Below are positions 28,014-32,000 of a DNA stretch of 32,000 bases, piece after piece (the first letter of the stretch is position 1; each line of letters starts with the position of its first letter). The translations under genes and the position numbers were made by a program. Origin of the DNA: Promethearchaeota archaeon (GTDB taxonomy: Archaea > Asgardarchaeota > Lokiarchaeia > Sigyniarchaeales > Promethearchaeaceae); assembly GCA_016933055.1 (NCBI GenBank), contig JAFGBS010000009.1, positions 300,001 to 332,000 on the forward strand, written 5' to 3'. The notes below the pieces were generated by a model, which searched no databases, was not told the DNA's origin, and saw only the letters and a list, made by a program, of their open reading frames with translations.

Positions 28014-30008
28014 CTACTTTTCTACTTTATCGGAGTCATATAATTCTGAACCCGGAACTAAATAAACATTCCCACAGACGGGACAACTGTTATGTTTCTC
28101 TAACCACCATGCTGAACATAAATAATGGGATAATCTACCGCAAAATTCGCATTTAATATAATCCTCCGAAACAACATCTACCTTTTTATGACATATCACG
28201 CAAATTTTACTCTTAATATCCCCCTTTTTCTCCAACCGTTTTTCTAATAATGCTTTATAGGAGATCTTTGTATTAGTGTAGACATGTTTCATTCGTTCAA
28301 GGTCCTTGAGTTTTTTATCAATGTATTGCATTTGATTCCGAATTTGTTCATCTGTCAAAGTATCGGGATTTAAAATATTCGGTGAGAGCATAAGAGATAG
28401 TTTTCTCTCATCCGATCCAAATTCCGAAGAAGGTTCCATGAATCCTTCCTCTTTTTTCATGAGGATCTGGAATTTCTCGACAAGGGTAGTCAATAATTTA
28501 GTAATAATAAATTCAGCACGATGTTTTTCTGCAAAATATGTCTCTTCCCATCTTTGAATGGCATCATAAATGTTCACATTTTCTTTTTGGTATTTTTGAA
28601 ACACATGTTGGGCTTTAACATAAATTTTGTCAAATTCCTGTTGAAAATTTTTAATAATTTCGGATATCTGGTTGATCTGAGGGATCTCCTCTTCGACTAG
28701 TTTTAATGTTGTCTTTTGATAAGATGATATTTTATCATTCAAGAGCTGAAGGACAGAATCTAGTTCTTTCTCCACTGTTGCCCGAGTATCATGTTCATAC
28801 ACAATATCGGAATAATTTTCAAATTCTTCTTGTTTTCGGAGAATTTCCGCGATTAGATCTTCTACTATCTCCTCAAATTTTGCGGTAACATTTTCATAAG
28901 GTTTGAGAAAGGGTTTAAGGGATTTTAACCATGCACCAATAATATTGAGTTTTTTGAGCAAGGGAGAAATCCGTGCATTATATTTTTCTTCAAGTTTATC
29001 AGCAGGTAGATTTAATTTCGACAATTCTGCTTGAATATCATTCTCACATAGTAATGCAATTTTGGATAAGATCTTCATCGGTTCGTCTATTATGTCTTCG
29101 TATTTAGTATTTTGGAATAATTCAGTAACAATTTCAAAATACGCATTAGATATTAACCGTTTGAGGGCAGCCTTGGAATCTTTTACGATTATTTTATGTG
29201 GCACTTCCTGAATTATTCCAACTCGAAAATAAACCCATAATAACTCAGAAACAATTTGATTAAATTCTTCCGTGAGATCCTGCTTCTTTAGTATTTTTAG
29301 GATATTGTAGGTAATCTTGGTAACATCAGAAGATTTTTGAAGCTCTTGAAGACTTAATTCAGATTTTTGAATTGTGGGAAAAATATATTGTACCAACGAG
29401 TTTCTGGATGCATTTATTGTATATTTAGTCGCTTTTTCTAGGTTGATGGTATACCATTTTTGTGCAGAAGATCCTAAACTAGAAATAAATTCAACCGGTT
29501 CATAATAAATAAAACTATCAAGTTCTTCTAACTTAATACTCGAAGGAATTACGTCCTTTCTGTCTTTCAGAACAGATGATTGATGATCTTTAATAGCAAT
29601 TGCCGTTTTTTGATATCCTTCCAAGAGTTTTTGCATGATAATTTGAAAATTATAGGAAAGTTGGTTCTTCTTCGTTATTTTTCGTGCAGATCGTATTAAT
29701 GTATTGAAAGCATTGAATTCCAAAAAACGGGTAATTAAATTTTTCGTTAGTATTGCAGAAAGATAACTAGGAGGTTCAGTCTTAACAACCTCGCCAATAT
29801 TACTGAACAAATCAAATTCTTTAGTAAAATTCTCTAGTAAAGAAACTGATATAGATTGTGAATAATCTATTAATTCTTGTACTAATTCGGGTTGACTTTT
29901 TGGATCTAGAGAATTACTTGTCTTTTTCTTGGAGTTAATGAGATTTTCCAATTTAAATTTTAATTGATCAAATGCTTCTTTTAGGGATGACGAGTCGGTT
30001 AAATCCAT
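28014..30008 (-). CDS. Large helical/coiled-coil protein with C-terminal RING-type (C4HC3) zinc finger
   Basis: About 600 aa of K/E/L-rich helical sequence, then CVIC-x14-CEFC-x4-HxxC..WWL....CPVC. Confidence 0.8.
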   Translation of the reverse strand: MDLTDSSSLKEAFDQLKFKLENLINSKKKTSNSLDPKSQPELVQELIDYSQSISVSLLENFTKEFDLFSNIGEVVKTEPPSYLSAILTKNLITRFLEFNAFNTLIRSARKITKKNQLSYNFQIIMQKLLEGYQKTAIAIKDHQSSVLKDRKDVIPSSIKLEELDSFIYYEPVEFISSLGSSAQKWYTINLEKATKYTINASRNSLVQYIFPTIQKSELSLQELQKSSDVTKITYNILKILKKQDLTEEFNQIVSELLWVYFRVGIIQEVPHKIIVKDSKAALKRLISNAYFEIVTELFQNTKYEDIIDEPMKILSKIALLCENDIQAELSKLNLPADKLEEKYNARISPLLKKLNIIGAWLKSLKPFLKPYENVTAKFEEIVEDLIAEILRKQEEFENYSDIVYEHDTRATVEKELDSVLQLLNDKISSYQKTTLKLVEEEIPQINQISEIIKNFQQEFDKIYVKAQHVFQKYQKENVNIYDAIQRWEETYFAEKHRAEFIITKLLTTLVEKFQILMKKEEGFMEPSSEFGSDERKLSLMLSPNILNPDTLTDEQIRNQMQYIDKKLKDLERMKHVYTNTKISYKALLEKRLEKKGDIKSKICVICHKKVDVVSEDYIKCEFCGRLSHYLCSAWWLEKHNSCPVCGNVYLVPGSELYDSDKVEK

Positions 30009-30124
30009 GAAATTATCAGTTCCACAACTATACTCAAAAATAAACTATGATGTGATGAATAAAGACTGAAATTTTAAGATTATTAGTTCAACTGTTGAAA
30101 TATATAATTATTTTAGAGATTTAC

Positions 30125-31051
30125 TTAATCAGTACAATAAGGTGAAGATGAAAATTTACATGCACAATCAGGCGATTCCATTTCAATTGTACAATGTACC
30201 GAGATTTTCGTTAAATAGGATTTAATTTTTTGTTTAAGTTCTTCTAATTCTTCCATCTCACAATATTTGGCAACAGCATGCAAACTGATAATATTATTAA
30301 TTCCATCCAAAGACCAAATGTGCAAATCATGGATATTTTCCACACCTTTTATGGATTCTAATTCCTTTATCAATCTCTCAGATTCCTCCGTTGGATTAGC
30401 TAGTAATAATATTTTGAAGATTTCTACAATGTATTTACCGGCTTTATATAATATATATGCTGAAAGTATAAGAGACATGATTGTGTCAATGATGGGTAAG
30501 TCTACAAATAACAATACTGTACCAGTAATTAGAACGCCTATCCACCCGATCATGTCTTCTAAAAGATGCAAGGAGACAATTTTTTCAGACATTATACGAT
30601 TTTTTTTCTTCAGAACAAGCCATAACATAGAGGAACCATTTACTAGTACTCCAATGATAGCAATAGTGAAAATCCATATTCCCGATACTTCCGCTGGTTG
30701 AAGTAAGCGTAAAAATGCCTCTCTAATGGCAAAAACTGAACCGATAATTAAGGTCATGGAAGAAACCATTGCTCCCAGTAACGTGAAACGCTTATATCCG
30801 AAAGTATAATGTTGATTGGCTTCCTTTTTACTGATTTTTATCATAACCCATAATACAAGTATGGATAAGGTATCTCCCAAATCATGAAATGAGTCTGAAA
30901 ATAACGCTGCACTATTAGAGATATACGCTCCACCGAATTCCAGAACTGTAAAAAACATATTCAAAATTAATGGAACTAATAATAATTTAGCAGAATCTAC
31001 CGGAATATCATGATTTGAATGTCCATGATAGTGGTCATGAACGTGGTCCAT
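30125..31051 (-). CDS. Cation diffusion facilitator (CzcD/ZitB-like Zn/Co/Cd exporter)
   Basis: His-rich N-terminus (MDHVHDHYHGH), SDSFHDLGD, TFGYKR, LHLLED, IHDLHIWSL, HCTIE. Start moved to ATG 31051, which has AAGGAGG upstream. Confidence 0.93.
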   Translation of the reverse strand: MDHVHDHYHGHSNHDIPVDSAKLLLVPLILNMFFTVLEFGGAYISNSAALFSDSFHDLGDTLSILVLWVMIKISKKEANQHYTFGYKRFTLLGAMVSSMTLIIGSVFAIREAFLRLLQPAEVSGIWIFTIAIIGVLVNGSSMLWLVLKKKNRIMSEKIVSLHLLEDMIGWIGVLITGTVLLFVDLPIIDTIMSLILSAYILYKAGKYIVEIFKILLLANPTEESERLIKELESIKGVENIHDLHIWSLDGINNIISLHAVAKYCEMEELEELKQKIKSYLTKISVHCTIEMESPDCACKFSSSPYCTD

Positions 31052-31134
31052 AGGTACCTCCTTATATAACGAAATTAATAGTTTGTTATTAGTCCCAATA
31101 ATGGTTAACAATCTTTTCAATTTCAATTTATAAT

Positions 31135-32000
31135 CTATATAACAAATGTGTCAAACTTAAATCCTTTAAAAAAACTAGCTGCAGATAATTTTTCCTTATC
31201 ATTCATCCAGGAATCTCTCGGATAACTGACTGGATGATCAATTGAGTGTGCTTTTTCGATCCAAAGGGGATTATAAGGGAGTAAATCTATTAAAGATATA
31301 TTAAGACTTTTTAAGAATTGAGCAATTTCTTTCAAATTATCAGATTTAATCGTGATGTGTGGTATTAACGGGATTCTTGGGACTAGCAAGGGTTTGGATG
31401 CGGGTATTTTTAGTTCACTATTATTTTTCGGAAGAGTAACTAGACCCTCTTTCACCAACTGTTTTAAATTTTCAAGAATGGTTACATTATCCACACCACA
31501 ATATTGAATATGTTTGTTTGAATTCATAATTTTTACGTCATAATATATGAATTGAACCTGTTCAAGTATCTTCTTTGTTTGAGAATTTAATGGAAATAAT
31601 CCACAAGTTTCAATTGCAATTCCTATATTAATTTCCCTCAATCTCATGATAAGATTTAGAATAAATTCAGGGAACATCATAGGTTCACCACCAGAGAGGG
31701 ATATACCTCCATTGGAATTTCTATAAAATATCATATTCGATCTAAATCGTTCTACTAGTTCATTTACTGTGTATAGTTTACCTGCAACTGAAAATACGTC
31801 TGCGGGACAATCTATGGTGCAGCATTGGGATAATATACATACAGATCTATTCAATACCATATTAGGATAATTAAATGCATCATTCGGACAATGCACGAAA
31901 CACTGAGGAGTGCAATGAATACAATTTTTCGGTTGATACACTAATTCGGGGTTGACATTTTGTGCCTCAGGATTCTGGCACCATACGCACTTTAGAGCGC
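31135..32000 (-). CDS. Glycyl-radical enzyme activating protein (radical SAM with ferredoxin-like insert), 5' end truncated by window edge
   Basis: The frame extends past the ORF-track start to the edge and reads (C)ALKCVWCQNPE (CxxxCxxC); then Cys-rich insert, GGISLSGGEP, IAIETCG, YDVKIM, RIPLIP, LLPYN. Confidence 0.9.
   Translation of the reverse strand, partial: ALKCVWCQNPEAQNVNPELVYQPKNCIHCTPQCFVHCPNDAFNYPNMVLNRSVCILSQCCTIDCPADVFSVAGKLYTVNELVERFRSNMIFYRNSNGGISLSGGEPMMFPEFILNLIMRLREINIGIAIETCGLFPLNSQTKKILEQVQFIYYDVKIMNSNKHIQYCGVDNVTILENLKQLVKEGLVTLPKNNSELKIPASKPLLVPRIPLIPHITIKSDNLKEIAQFLKSLNISLIDLLPYNPLWIEKAHSIDHPVSYPRDSWMNDKEKLSAASFFKGFKFDTFVI

Noticed and set aside
30267-30701. 144-aa ORF antisense to the CDF gene, and the other 60-115 aa antisense or nested ORFs in the track
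   Set aside because: All lie within well-supported genes and show no family motifs.
30125-31070. Horizontal transfer of the CDF gene, suggested by the strong AAGGAGG SD
   Set aside because: Other genes here also have GGAGG or GGTGA SDs, and no compositional shift or mobile-element boundary is visible.
1-32000. CRISPR arrays, IS elements/transposases, integrases, rRNA and tRNA genes
   Set aside because: No spaced direct repeats, terminal inverted repeats, recombinase motifs or RNA-gene signatures were seen by eye; a covariance-model scan would be decisive for small RNAs.

Overview
AT-rich (roughly one-third GC by eye), densely coded archaeal window, most likely from an Asgard archaeon of the Lokiarchaeia type. 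That assignment is inferred from co-occurring eukaryotic-signature-type proteins: roadblock/LC7, longin-like, a two-domain gelsolin, an Arf-like GTPase fusion and a RING-type protein. About 28 CDS are supported, two of them truncated by the window edges. I saw no rRNA, tRNA, CRISPR array or mobile element. Two observations stand out. (1) A hsp20-cdc48-wHTH/coiled-coil (Phr/HSR1-like) cluster has four AAC-N5-GT(T) boxes over the putative hsp20 promoter and a fifth near-copy just upstream of the regulator, suggesting an autoregulated heat-shock circuit. (2) An fwdF-fwdG-like-fwdB-like cluster has an FwdB homolog that keeps its N-terminal [4Fe-4S] cysteines but lacks the metal-ligand CH motif and the RGH motif, so it looks like a pseudo-enzyme. 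All family calls come from motif recognition by eye, not from database searches.
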